Origin: Dictyostelium discoideum
Lineage: Eukaryota
Reading direction: 5' to 3'
Assembly: GCA_000004695.1 (NCBI GenBank)
Contig: CM000154.2
Location: forward strand, 128,001 to 192,000
Length of the DNA stretch: 64,000 nucleotides
The position numbers were made by a program, and so were the translations under genes. Positions 50,505 through 64,000 of the stretch are shown one piece after another. Below the pieces are notes generated by a model. It did not search any database. It worked only from the letters and a program-made list of their open reading frames with translations, and was not told the DNA's origin. Position 1 is the stretch's first letter; the number at the start of each line of letters is the position of its first letter.

Positions 50505-52699
50505 TAATAATTAAAAAAAAAGTTACAATTTTTAACAGCATTACCATCAAGTTTAAATCATTGTTTAGCAATGCAAGCATATAATCAAGCTGTTAGATAT
50601 TATAATAGTAATAGTGGTATTTTAAAACAATATAGTCATATACCATCATTTCAAAATATTCAAAATGAATGTGATTCAATAATGAAAACAATGAAAGATA
50701 AATTATATGAAAGATTATCAAGTTTATCTGTATGTATAAATTTTAAAAAGAAAATGAAAAAAAAAAAAAAAAAAAAAAAAATTCATATTTTAATTTATTA
50801 TTATTTATTATTTATTAATTGGAAAAGACATCACAAACTGATTGTGTTGAATCAGCAGAAGTTTTAATGGATTTGTTAGAACCAGTTGAATTGGTTAGAT
50901 CAAAATATTTAGAGAGTAGAAAACATCATACAATTACATTATTAGAGAATTTAGAAAAGAAATCGGTTGAACATATTACAGATTATATAAAGGAATTGAA
51001 TGCAAATTTCTTATCGGAATATTCTTATAATATCACTTCGTACAAGTCATTGTTTATAAATAGATTGGATGGTAGTGATAGTAAGAAGGAGAGACAACAA
51101 AGTTTACTTCAATTGGAGGACTTTTCAAAGGACTTATTCAACAAGTATTTAAATATTGCAAAATCGAAATTATCTTCATTCAAAGATCCAATTGAAAAGA
51201 TTATGGCATTGGAGATTATTAATTCCGATGTTTCAAGATTGGGTTCAGAGTTGTCCTCTCATGAAAAGATTACTAATATTATCAATTCCACAGTACATGA
51301 CCAAATCGATTTCTATTTTGATAATCTTCAAAAAACAATTAAAGAACATATTCATCAATTGAATTCAACACTCAATGAGAGGAGAGATGAGGTGTTGGAG
51401 GGTCATAATCTACAAGAGCTATCAGATGCAACCTCAAAGGCAATTGTAAATGATATCATTTTGCTATTTGCAAATTTGAAACCATTCTTCCTTCCAACAG
51501 AAACTCAATTCCTCTCAAGTTATCAAGACACAATCTTCACCAAAATTCAAGTAAAACTACAACAATTCTTTTTATTTTTAGTTAATATTCACTTTTTAGA
51601 GTATTTAGATATCATTGCAACCACATCCAACCGTGAGCAATTTAGTGGTCGTTTCCTATTGGTACTCTCATCGATTTGTTTATACTTTGAAAATAAAGGT
51701 ATCACATTGGTCGTTCAATTGATGAGTGAATTCATAACGGTGGCAAAACAAGGTGCAAAGAAAGAACTCAACGTTTTCAGTTTCAATGCTCCTGATCTCT
51801 GTAAGAGAGTCAGAGAAACTGGTTTACAAATTTTAAATGTTTTCACTCGTTTATCAAGTCAAAAATTGGATAAAATCTTAAAGAAAGGTTTAGAATCAAT
51901 TCCAAATAATAATTGGTTAGTATTGAAAGAACCAAGAGATGTTAGATCAGTAAATGATATCTATTTAGAAGAGATACTAAAATTCCAAAATGAAACTTCA
52001 AAACTTTTACCAGTTATAAATCATCATCATCATTCTTTAAAATCTCATTCAAGAACTGGTAGTGGTGGTAATAGTGTTTCTTCAAATAACTCTTCCTCGA
52101 ATACACCAGATGGTCATAGAAGAAATCCTTCAGCATCATCATCATCATCATCAAATAATACAAATACAACTTTATTCGAAAAGAAAGTTGACCATGTCGA
52201 TTTTAATACTCTTAGTGTTTTAATTGCTATCATTAAACTTTCACTTAAATCTTTTAATGAATCTTTAAGATTAAAAACTTTTGGTACAAATGGTTGTCAT
52301 CAAATTCAAATTGATTTACATTATTTAAAATTATCATTATATGATTTATTTGGAAGGTTTGTATATTTAAATTTTATTTTGGTTATTTTTTTTTTGGATT
52401 TTGGAAAAAAGTGGAAAAAAAAAAAAAAACTTATTAACAATTTTTTATTTTGATTTTTTTATAGTAATTCGTTTGATAATTTATTACAAGAATGTGAAAA
52501 TACTGTAACTGAAAGATGCGTTGACCCATTACCATTGGCAAAATCTGTAAGGAGTAAAAAAAAAAAAAAAAAATACCTCCTAAAATCGAATTTTACTAAC
52601 TTTTTTAATTTTTTTTTTTTTTTTTTTTTTTTATAGATTGTATCAAAAATTTGTGAAACAAAAATGAATAAAAAGAAAAATAATGAAGCTGAAAGCTAA
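49577..52699 (+). CDS. vps51: VPS51 (Ang2/fat-free) subunit of the GARP/EARP tethering complexes, about 917 aa, 5 exons
   Basis: Exons 49577..50449, 50523..50729, 50828..52356, 52465..52546 and 52637..52699. The Vps51 signature [44 protein letters not shown] matches [35 protein letters not shown]. Splicing across the A40-containing intron yields ...QLSGLQKFFQK|LQFLTALPSSLNHCLAMQAYNQAVRYY (human [37 protein letters not shown]). ...QYSHIPSFQNIQNECDSIM corresponds to human QYQHLPSFRAIQDDCQVI. The C-terminus has LKTFGTNGCHQIQIDLHYLKLSLYD (human [24 protein letters not shown]) and ends ...ICETK (human ...ICERG). The first donor is the non-canonical GTTTTT. Confidence 0.82.
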
Positions 52700-53546
52700 T
52701 AAAAATTTAAAATTATAAAAAAAAAAAAAAAAACCTTTTCGAAAATAGAAATATCAATATACAACAATTTTAAAAAAAAACAATTTTGGAAATTAAGTTT
52801 ACTTTTTTTAAAAATAATTTTTTATTTTTAATTTTTTTTTATTTTTATTTTCATTTTTAATTTTTTTTTTTTATTATTTTTTTTTTCTTTAACTCCAATG
52901 GAATTTCATATGGATATTCATTATTAATATTTTCACCCACATTTAAAAAAAAAAACCTTAAAAAAAAATTTTATTTTTATAAAAATAAATTTAAAAATTT
53001 TACCAAAAATGGAAAAAACGTGTGAATATATGTTATAGATTTTGATATATTTTTCAAATGTATTTCGTTTCGTGTTACCAAAAGTAAACTTTTAAAGTAA
53101 TTAAATTATGATCTATGAAAGAAATCTAAGATTTAAATAAGTATTTTTTTTTTATATTATTTTATAGTTTTTATTTTTTTTCATTTTAGAAAATTAATAA
53201 AAAATGATTTAATTATCAAAAAAAAACAAAAAACAAAAAACAAAAAAAAAAAAAAACAATTATCTGTAAGTTTTAATTTTGTTTATTTTTTTTTTTTTTT
53301 TCCTCTCTAAAAAAAAAAAACAAAATAATTTAATTTACTAAACCATAATCAAATTATTTTATTTTTATTATTATTATTATTATTATTTTTAAAAAGTAAA
53401 AAAAAATAATAAAAAAATAAAAAGGTACATAAATTATTATTATTATTATTATTTCCATAAAATTATTAAATAATAAAATAAAAATTAACTTTTTTAAAAA
53501 AAAAAAAAAAATAATTATTATTTTTTTATTATTTTTTATTTTAGTT

Positions 53547-54171
53547 ATGAACCAACAAGTTTTAAAAAGACAACAATTCCAAAATCAACAAGATTATTTT
53601 TATCAGCAACAATTAAATAATCAACCACATTTAAATTTAACTCAACAAATTAATAATTCATTTCCTTCTTCATGTCAATATTATAATAATAATAGTTATT
53701 ATAATCTTCAACAAGTACCAGATTATACATTTAGTACATTATCAACAATGCCAAATAATAATTCAAATTTCTTTATAGATAGTAGTAATTTACAATTTAC
53801 AAATTCTGGAAATAATTATCTTCAAAATTCATATCCATATTTAATGGAAAATGGAAGTTGTACATCTTCAATTGAACAAACAACAACAACAACATCAACA
53901 ACAACAAATCAATTAACTCAACAACAACAATTATATAGTAATAATAGCCAATATTTTGAATTTAATAATTCACAACAACAACAACATGAACAACAACAAC
54001 AAACTGAAAATAGAAATATAAAATATGATATTGAAAATGGAACTTATTCATATACAAATAACAATATGGTTTCAAAAACTAGTTCAGTATATCAACAAAA
54101 TTTTTATAATACAAATAATCCATCTTTACAAATGGCTCAAGAAAATCCAACATATTATAAACAACCAATTC

Positions 54172-54251
<80 letters not shown>

Positions 54252-55026
54252 AGACCAGTTCAACAAAAGTCACAACCAATTGCCCAACAAAAGCAACAAC
54301 AACAACAAGCTCAACAATTTGTCCAACAGCAACAACAAAAATCAATAATTGAAACTCAAAAACAAGATGATTTTGTTGAAAAACAACAAAATAAATATCA
54401 AAAAACTTCAAACATTAAAGAAATTGAAAAAATTACAATTGTAAAAGAAAAAAATAATAAAAATGAAAAAGTAATTGAAAAAGATTTAATTGAAAAAACA
54501 TTAGAATATCAACAACAAATGGTTGAATTAAAATCAAATGACCAAGAGAAGGAAACAATAGTTCAACAACAAAAACAACACCAAATTGAAAAAGAAAAAC
54601 ATGAAAAACTTTATAAAAAATCATATTTAATGAAAGCTGGTGTCAATGAAATGTTTCCTAAAGCAATCTCTTTAGAAAGTTGGAATTTTGTTGGTGAAAC
54701 CACTTCAAGAATTTATCAAACTTTAAATTCAAGAGCGGAATTCCATAAGAAATCATCATATTGTAGAGTTTTATTAGTTAAAAAAATATTTTCATGGTTA
54801 GTTTGTCATGATAAAGAATTCATTAAAAATCATAAAACTGTTGATCTTGTAATTGCAATTAGTGATATCATTAATATGATCATAAGTTTAATAGAATTAC
54901 ATCGTGCACCATCATCTTCAACTTTATACTTAATAATTTATTCATCTGATAGATTTGTTGAAAGAACTGGTATAAATCATCATCAAATTTTTAATTTATT
55001 ATTAACAAGGTAAATTAACTAATTAA

Positions 55027-55088
<62 letters not shown>

Positions 55089-55381
55089 GGTAAAATTAAA
55101 AATAATCCAAAAAATATTAATTAGTTTTTTATTTATATACATATGTATATATTTTTAATTAAAGTGCAATTGTTAATTTAAAATTTTGGAATGAATCATT
55201 ATATATTCAAAATAAAACAATTGCAGATATTTTTTCATTTAGTGTTAAAGATTTAAATACAATGGAAAGAAGATTTTTATATGGTTTAGATTATAACTTA
55301 TGTGTAACACCAAATGAATTAGAATTATTTATAAATTCTTTAAAAAAACAATCAATTTCTTCTTTAAACTTTTTAAAATAA
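53547..55381 (+). CDS. PHO80-like (Pcl/cyclin-U type) cyclin with a long Gln/Asn-rich N-terminal region, about 559 aa, 2 exons
   Basis: Exons 53547..55009 (GTAAAT donor) and 55165..55381 (ttaaag acceptor). The cyclin box spans the junction: ...FPKAISLESWNFVGETTSRIYQTLN...CRVLLVKKIFSWLVCHDKEFIKNHKTVDLVIAISDIINMII.LIELHRAP...LIIYSSDRFVERTGINHHQIFNLLLT|SAIVNLKFWNESLYIQNKTIADIFSFSVKDLNTMERRFLYGLDYNLCVTPNELELF. The ...ELNxLExxFLxxLDFxLxV pattern is characteristic of Pho85/CDK5-type cyclins. A (CAA)n poly-Q tract lies at 54171-54251. Confidence 0.55.
54171..54251 (+). repeat. (CAA)n microsatellite, about 27 Gln, inside the cyclin CDS
   Basis: Uninterrupted CAA repeats in frame. Confidence 0.9.
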
Positions 55382-55546
55382 ATAATAAATAATAAATAAT
55401 AATAAATAATAGTAATAATAATAATAATAACAAATAATGGATTAAAAAAAGTTCTTTATTGAAAAATTATTTTAAAAAAAAAAAAAAAGAAAGAAAGAAA
55501 TGAATGGAAAAAAAAAAAAAAAGAAAGAAGAATATTTTTTTTTTTT

Positions 55547-57687
<2,141 letters not shown>

Positions 57688-57921
57688 TTATTTGAATTTA
57701 ATTGTATTTATTTGTATTTATTTGTATTTATTTGTATTTATTTGAAGTTATTTCTATTTCTAATTAGAAATAGAAAAATAAAAAAATAAAAAAAAATATT
57801 TTCATTTTTTGCTTTTTTCTAAAATTTTCTTTTTTTTTATTTTTTTTATTTTTTTTTTATTTTTTTTTTTTCAAAAATATCAATTTACGAATTTTCGTCA
57901 AAATCAAACGATAAAGGAAGG

Positions 57922-58011
57922 ATGGAAGACGATTTATTAGATTTTGCATCCGATCAATTATTTAAAAAACCAAATATTCCCTCAATATCAAATTCAACAA
58001 CTGTTTCAACA

Positions 58012-58105
<94 letters not shown>

Positions 58106-58251
58106 GTGATAATTCTAATAGTATTAGTGATAGTAGTGGTGGTGGAACTATTAATAATTCAATAACATCTCCATCACCTTTATTAGGTCAACAGATTTCT
58201 TTTACAAGCAATAGTAGTGGTAGTAATAATTCTAATTTAAGTTTAAATAAA

Positions 58252-58286
<35 letters not shown>

Positions 58287-59274
58287 TAGATATGAAGAAT
58301 CAGAAATACTTCAATCTCAAAATACAGTAGAAATTGAAGCAATTCAAGAAAATCCAACTCATTATATATCAAAAATTCAAAATAATAAAAGAACATATGA
58401 AGATATGGATAACTATGATAATCCAACACTCGATGATTTAATAAATAATACACAATATCCCTCAACTTATGAACCTGAAAATCATGACAATCATAATCAT
58501 CATGCGAATAATAAGGATTCTAATGATACTAATAACAACAACAACAACAACAATAATAATAATGTAATTAATGTAAATAATGTAAATAATATAAATAACG
58601 GAATTGATAGAAAATTACCAACTTGGATGAAGAAAAAAGATAATGTCAATGAACACGAAGAACAATATAAACAAGCTATCTCATCATTTGAAGAAAAAAC
58701 AATAAAAAAACAAAAAATATCTGATAATGATAATAATGACCAAAATAATAATAATAATTTAGAATGGTTAAAATTATATAAAGGATTTAAAGAAGTTGAT
58801 ATACCAATTAAAAAAGGTAGAGTGATTTGTTTTGATTTAGAGACATCAGGAGTTACATCAAGTGATACGATCATTGAAATTGGTGCAGTTGAATTAATTG
58901 ATGGTTGTAGAACTGGTGTTATCTTTCAAAGTTATGCTCAACCTAAAGCACAAATTCATCCAGTATCTGAACAAATTCATCAACTAACTTCACTCCAATT
59001 AATGAGTGCACCACCAATTGAAATCATATTGGCAAGTTTTATGGATTGGGTTGGTAATTCACCTTTAGTAGCTCACAATTTAGCTTTCGATAAAAGAATA
59101 TTGATTCAAGAATTAATTCGTTATAATATACCTTTCAATATTGACCATATTTGTTTTTGTACAATGAAATATTTTAAAAAAATTTATAATGGTTTAAATT
59201 ATTCTTTAGATTCAATTAGGTAAATAAATAATAATTTTAATAATAATAATTTTTTTAAATTTAAATAATACATT

Positions 59275-59343
<69 letters not shown>

Positions 59344-59515
59344 CTCATAATCATTTAAAAGTCAAAAATTGAAAATTAATAAATTATTATTAAGAAAAAC
59401 ACATGGTGCTTTAATTGACTCTGAAATACTTGCGATTATTTACACACATCTATTAATTGTTGACCCAAATACAGCTGTAAAAAAAATTATTGCAAATAGT
59501 ACCACAAATAAATAA
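57922..59515 (+). CDS. DEDDh-family 3'-5' exonuclease (DnaQ/DNA polymerase III epsilon-like domain) with a long Asn-rich N-terminal region, about 472 aa, 2 exons
   Basis: Exons 57922..59219 (GTAAAT donor) and 59395..59515 (ttaag acceptor). Exo I is VICFDLETSG (DxE). Exo II is PLVAHNLAFDKRIL. Exo III is created only by splicing: ...LDSI|RKTHGALIDSEILAIIY (H-x4-D). The N-terminus carries a poly-Asn run encoded by (AAT)n at 58008-58102. Confidence 0.68.
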
Positions 59516-59948
59516 TGGATGTTAATACCAACACTACTTTTTTTTTTTTTCAAAAGATTGTGGTAAATAACACAAACAAGTAATGGATTTTTTTTTTTTT
59601 TTTTTTTTTTCTATCCCTCTTACATTCATTTTTTAGTATCGAAAAGAAAATAATAATAATAATAATAAAAGATTGATTAAAAAAAAAAAATAATAAAAAA
59701 AAAGTAATAATAATAATAATAATAAATAACTATTATCTGTTCATCTTTTAACAAAAATATGTATTTTTAAAAAAAAAAAAAAAGAAAAAAAAATAAAAAA
59801 AAAAATTTTCACCTTTTTGTCCTGATGAAACTTTCACAACGTCGTGCCTTAATTTTTTAATTTTATTTTTTATTTTTTATTTTTTTTTTTTTTTTAGTTT
59901 TTTTTTTTTTATTTTTTTTATTTTTTTTTTATTATTTGAAAATAAACC

Positions 59949-59984
<36 letters not shown>

Positions 59985-60398
59985 AAAAAAAAGAAAAAAA
60001 ATTCTATAAATAATATTTTTGACCCTGTAAATTTATTCAATCACCTTTTTTTATTTTTATTTTTCTATTTTTATTTTTTTTTTTTTTTATTTTTTTATTT
60101 TTTTTTTTTTTTTACACACACACACAACTACCTTTAAAAAAAACACATTTACCCACCAGATTAGGGTTTATTTATTTATTTATTTATTTATTAAATTTTA
60201 TTTTATTTATTTATATTTATTAAATTTAATTATTAAAAAATTTTTTTTTTATTTTCTTTTTTTTTTTTTTTTATATATCAATTATTATTATTTACAACCA
60301 CATCTTGGGTTCACACAATTCAAAAAGAAAGTTTAATTTATTTTTTAAAATAAAGAAAAAAAAAAAAAAAAACAAACATCAACATTTACTTTTTTGCC

Positions 60399-60438
<40 letters not shown>

Positions 60439-60894
60439 AAAACCTTTATAATATTACCTTTTTTTTTAAAAAGGGGAAAAAAGGGGAAATTAGCTTAAAA
60501 AAAATAAGTTAAAATGGGGGCCATTGGTTAAATTGGGGGGGGATTTTAAAGGGAAAATTAAAATTAAAAATTAAAATTAAAATTAAAATTAAAATTAAAA
60601 TTAAAATTATTCAAATTTTTAAAAAGGATAAAAGGATAAACCACCAGTGATCAAATTTTAATTTTGGGAGGGGGGAAAGGTTAATAAATTTTTTAATTAA
60701 TTTTAAAAAATTTTAATTTTTCCTTCTAAAAAGGGTTTTACAGGACCCTTTTGGATTTATTTTAAAAGGGCCGCCGATAAAAAAACCTTCCGTAGTGTTG
60801 CCGTTTTTTTGGTTAGGGCAGTTATTTTATTGATTTTTGCCGCTTTTGGTAATATAGGGTCCATCAAAAAAAGTAAAATTCTTTTGTTAAAAGT

Positions 60895-60938
<44 letters not shown>

Positions 60939-61076
60939 TAATAATAATAATCACTTTTAGATTTAATATTATTTTTATTTTTTTTGATTTTACTGACCTT
61001 ATTTCTTTTTTTTTTTTTTTTTTTTTTTTATTATTATTAATAATGATAATAATAGTTTTCAATTATAAATATAATT

Positions 61077-61365
61077 ATGTTATTATTTGGAATTGCACAA
61101 ATTATTGTTACAAATGTTGTTGATTGTGAAAATGATCCAGATAATAGTTTTTCATTCCTTTGTTCAAATTCAGAAGGTGCATATTATGCTCCAATGATCC
61201 TTTTATTAGCTGTTAATGTAAATTTTACTATTTTTTAGTTTTAATTTTAATTTATTTTGACTATCATATACTAACTATTTTTTATTTTTTTAGTTGTGTG
61301 GCGCTGTTTTTGGTTTAATCTTAAGATATGTAATTGTTCATGACACAAAAGGAAACTATTATTAA
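61077..61365 (+). CDS. Hypothetical 70-aa two-helix membrane protein, 2 exons. Not in the ORF track.
   Basis: Exon 1 is 61077..61217 (MLLFGIAQIIVTNVVDCENDPDNSFSFLCSNSEGAYYAPMILLLAVN) with a GTAAAT donor. The intron has a TACTAAC branch-point-like motif at 61269-61275. The acceptor is ttttag at 61293. Exon 2 is 61294..61365 (LCGAVFGLILRYVIVHDTKGNYY*). Support is splice consensus and non-random composition only. Confidence 0.3.
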
Positions 61366-61972
61366 AAAAAAATAAAAATAAAAATAAAAAAAAAAAATAA
61401 AAAAAATAAAACAAAATAAAAATAATAAAAATTAAAATTAAAATGATAAAAATATTATTGTTGGATTTTTATTGTTAAAAAACAATTTCAAATTAAAATG
61501 ATAAAAATATTATTGTTGGATTTTTATTGTTAAAAAAAAAAAAATTTCTTAGGATTCCACGAAAAAATTGATGACGTTTAAAATATCTATCACTAAAAAT
61601 TTGATTAATCAAATTTTTCATTTTAAAAAAAAAAATAAAAAAAAAATAAAAAAAAAAAATAAAAAAAAAAAATAAACTTTATGGATTTTATTAAAAAAAA
61701 AAATAAAAAAAAAAAATTATCATTTTTTCAAAACTCGAAAAAAAAAAAAAAATCATTTGGTTTTAGGAAAGATAGCAAAAAAAAAAATAATAAATTAAAT
61801 TTTTGCGTGTAAATTTGTGATTGTAATGTCGTGTGTTTTAATTGTAAATTAAATTGTAAATAATAAATAGTAATAAATAATAAATAATAAATAGTAATAA
61901 ATAACAAACAATAAATAATAATAATCTTAATATATAAAAAGAAAAGATATAAAAATATAAAAATAAAATAAA

Positions 61973-63154
<1,182 letters not shown>

Positions 63155-63927
63155 TAAAAGAATAAAAAAAAAAAAAAAAGAAGGAAAATATAAATTATAT
63201 TTTTCCATTTTTAAAAATATGTTTTTCATTTATTTTTTTTTTTTTTTTTTTTTTAAAATTAAAAAATATTACGGTATTTTGGAATTAAACAATAAAGATA
63301 AAAATATTAATTTTAAAAATAGAAAATAAATTAAAAATAGAAAAAAAAGATTTGTAAAAACTTTTTTTCTATTTTTATTTTTTAAAACCATAAAATTTAA
63401 TTTAAAATTAATTTTTTTTTTTTAAAATTAGTTAAAGTTTTTTTTTTTTTTTATTTATTATTTTTTTTTTCTAAAATTATTAGATCTAATAATTTTAATT
63501 ATATTATATTATTTAGTTTAAACTTTTTTTTTTTTTTTTTTTTTTTATTTTTTAAATTATTAAAATTAAAATTATGATGTCATATAAATAAAGAAAATGT
63601 AATTACTAACTGAAATTTCACAATTTCTTGAATGTCAGTTAATAAACATAAATAATTTAATTTTGATACTATGTTTAGAATTTTAAATCTTTATAAAATT
63701 TTAAATTATCCAAAGTAGGAAAATTTGGATTTTTTATAATATAATCTGTATTTTTAAAATGTTTGAAATATAGTTTTTATAAAACTATAAATAGGTTTAA
63801 AATTTTTTTTTCTAAGTCATTCAAATCAATTCAAATTAAAAAATAAAATAAAAATATTAAAATTACATTTTATAACATTAAAATAATAATTAATAATTAA
63901 ATAATTCAAGTGCTCTCAAAATTCAAA

Positions 63928-64000
63928 AATGAATATTAAAAATTCTTTAATCTTAATTATTTCAACAATCTTTGTTTTATCAATGATTAATGGTGGTTTA
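63928..64000 (+). CDS. 5' end of a gene encoding a signal-peptide-bearing protein (partial, runs off the window)
   Basis: ATG followed by MNIKNSLILIISTIFVLSMINGGL, a typical Dictyostelium signal peptide. Truncated by the window edge. Confidence 0.25.

Noticed and set aside
54025-54624. ORFs 54025..54348(+), 54079..54411(-) and 54433..54624(-) inside the cyclin gene
   Set aside because: Alternative-frame or antisense reading of the (CAA)n/poly-Q region (poly-N or poly-V output).
58253-58874. Minus-strand ORFs 58253..58465 and 58500..58874 antisense to the exonuclease gene
   Set aside because: Antisense of the Asn-rich region, giving poly-Tyr/Leu. The sense strand has clear DEDDh motifs.
60757-61123. 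ORFs 60757..61062(-) and 60809..61123(+)
   Set aside because: Poly-Lys/poly-Phe from poly(A)/(T) tracts. The plausible small gene here is in a different frame (61077..61365, 2 exons).

Overview
This 64-kb window is eukaryotic nuclear DNA, almost certainly from the social amoeba Dictyostelium discoideum. It is very AT-rich, with long poly(A)/poly(T) tracts, (AAT)n and (CAA)n microsatellites encoding poly-Asn and poly-Gln, short AT-rich introns with GTAAGT/GTATGT donors, FNIP-repeat and p80-like genes. Nothing prokaryotic is present: no operons, CRISPR arrays, rRNA or convincing tRNA genes. The region is gene-dense, with about 30 protein-coding genes on both strands, most with 1-5 short introns. 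I reconstructed the introns by hand from reading frame, splice consensus and ortholog conservation. Exon boundaries are approximate to within a few nt, because several poly-A/T tracts are hard to count by eye. The supplied ORF track uses TTG/GTG as well as ATG starts, so it often begins genes internally. Clear orthologs are PRMT5, DDX41, DHX37, TAF5, VPS51, eIF3j, adrenodoxin reductase, a sedolisin/TPP1-like S53 peptidase, an Eps15-like protein with three EH domains, the p80 Ctr-type copper-transporter-like protein, a Gfo/Idh/MocA oxidoreductase, a TMEM19/DUF92 protein, an SLC35/TPT-family transporter, a Pho80-like cyclin, a DEDDh 3'-5' exonuclease, a FNIP-repeat protein, an ankyrin-repeat protein, a BTB/KCTD protein, a dynamin/mitofusin-like GTPase and a frizzled-type CRD membrane protein. 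The features worth a second look are a bacterial-type TIR-like nucleotide-binding domain gene, a long near-perfect hairpin (about 78-bp arms) in an intergenic promoter region, a MITE-like element with about 55-bp terminal inverted repeats whose end motif recurs near the hairpin, a GA-rich polypurine tract, a G-tract island unusual for this genome, and several small unannotated membrane or secreted protein genes.
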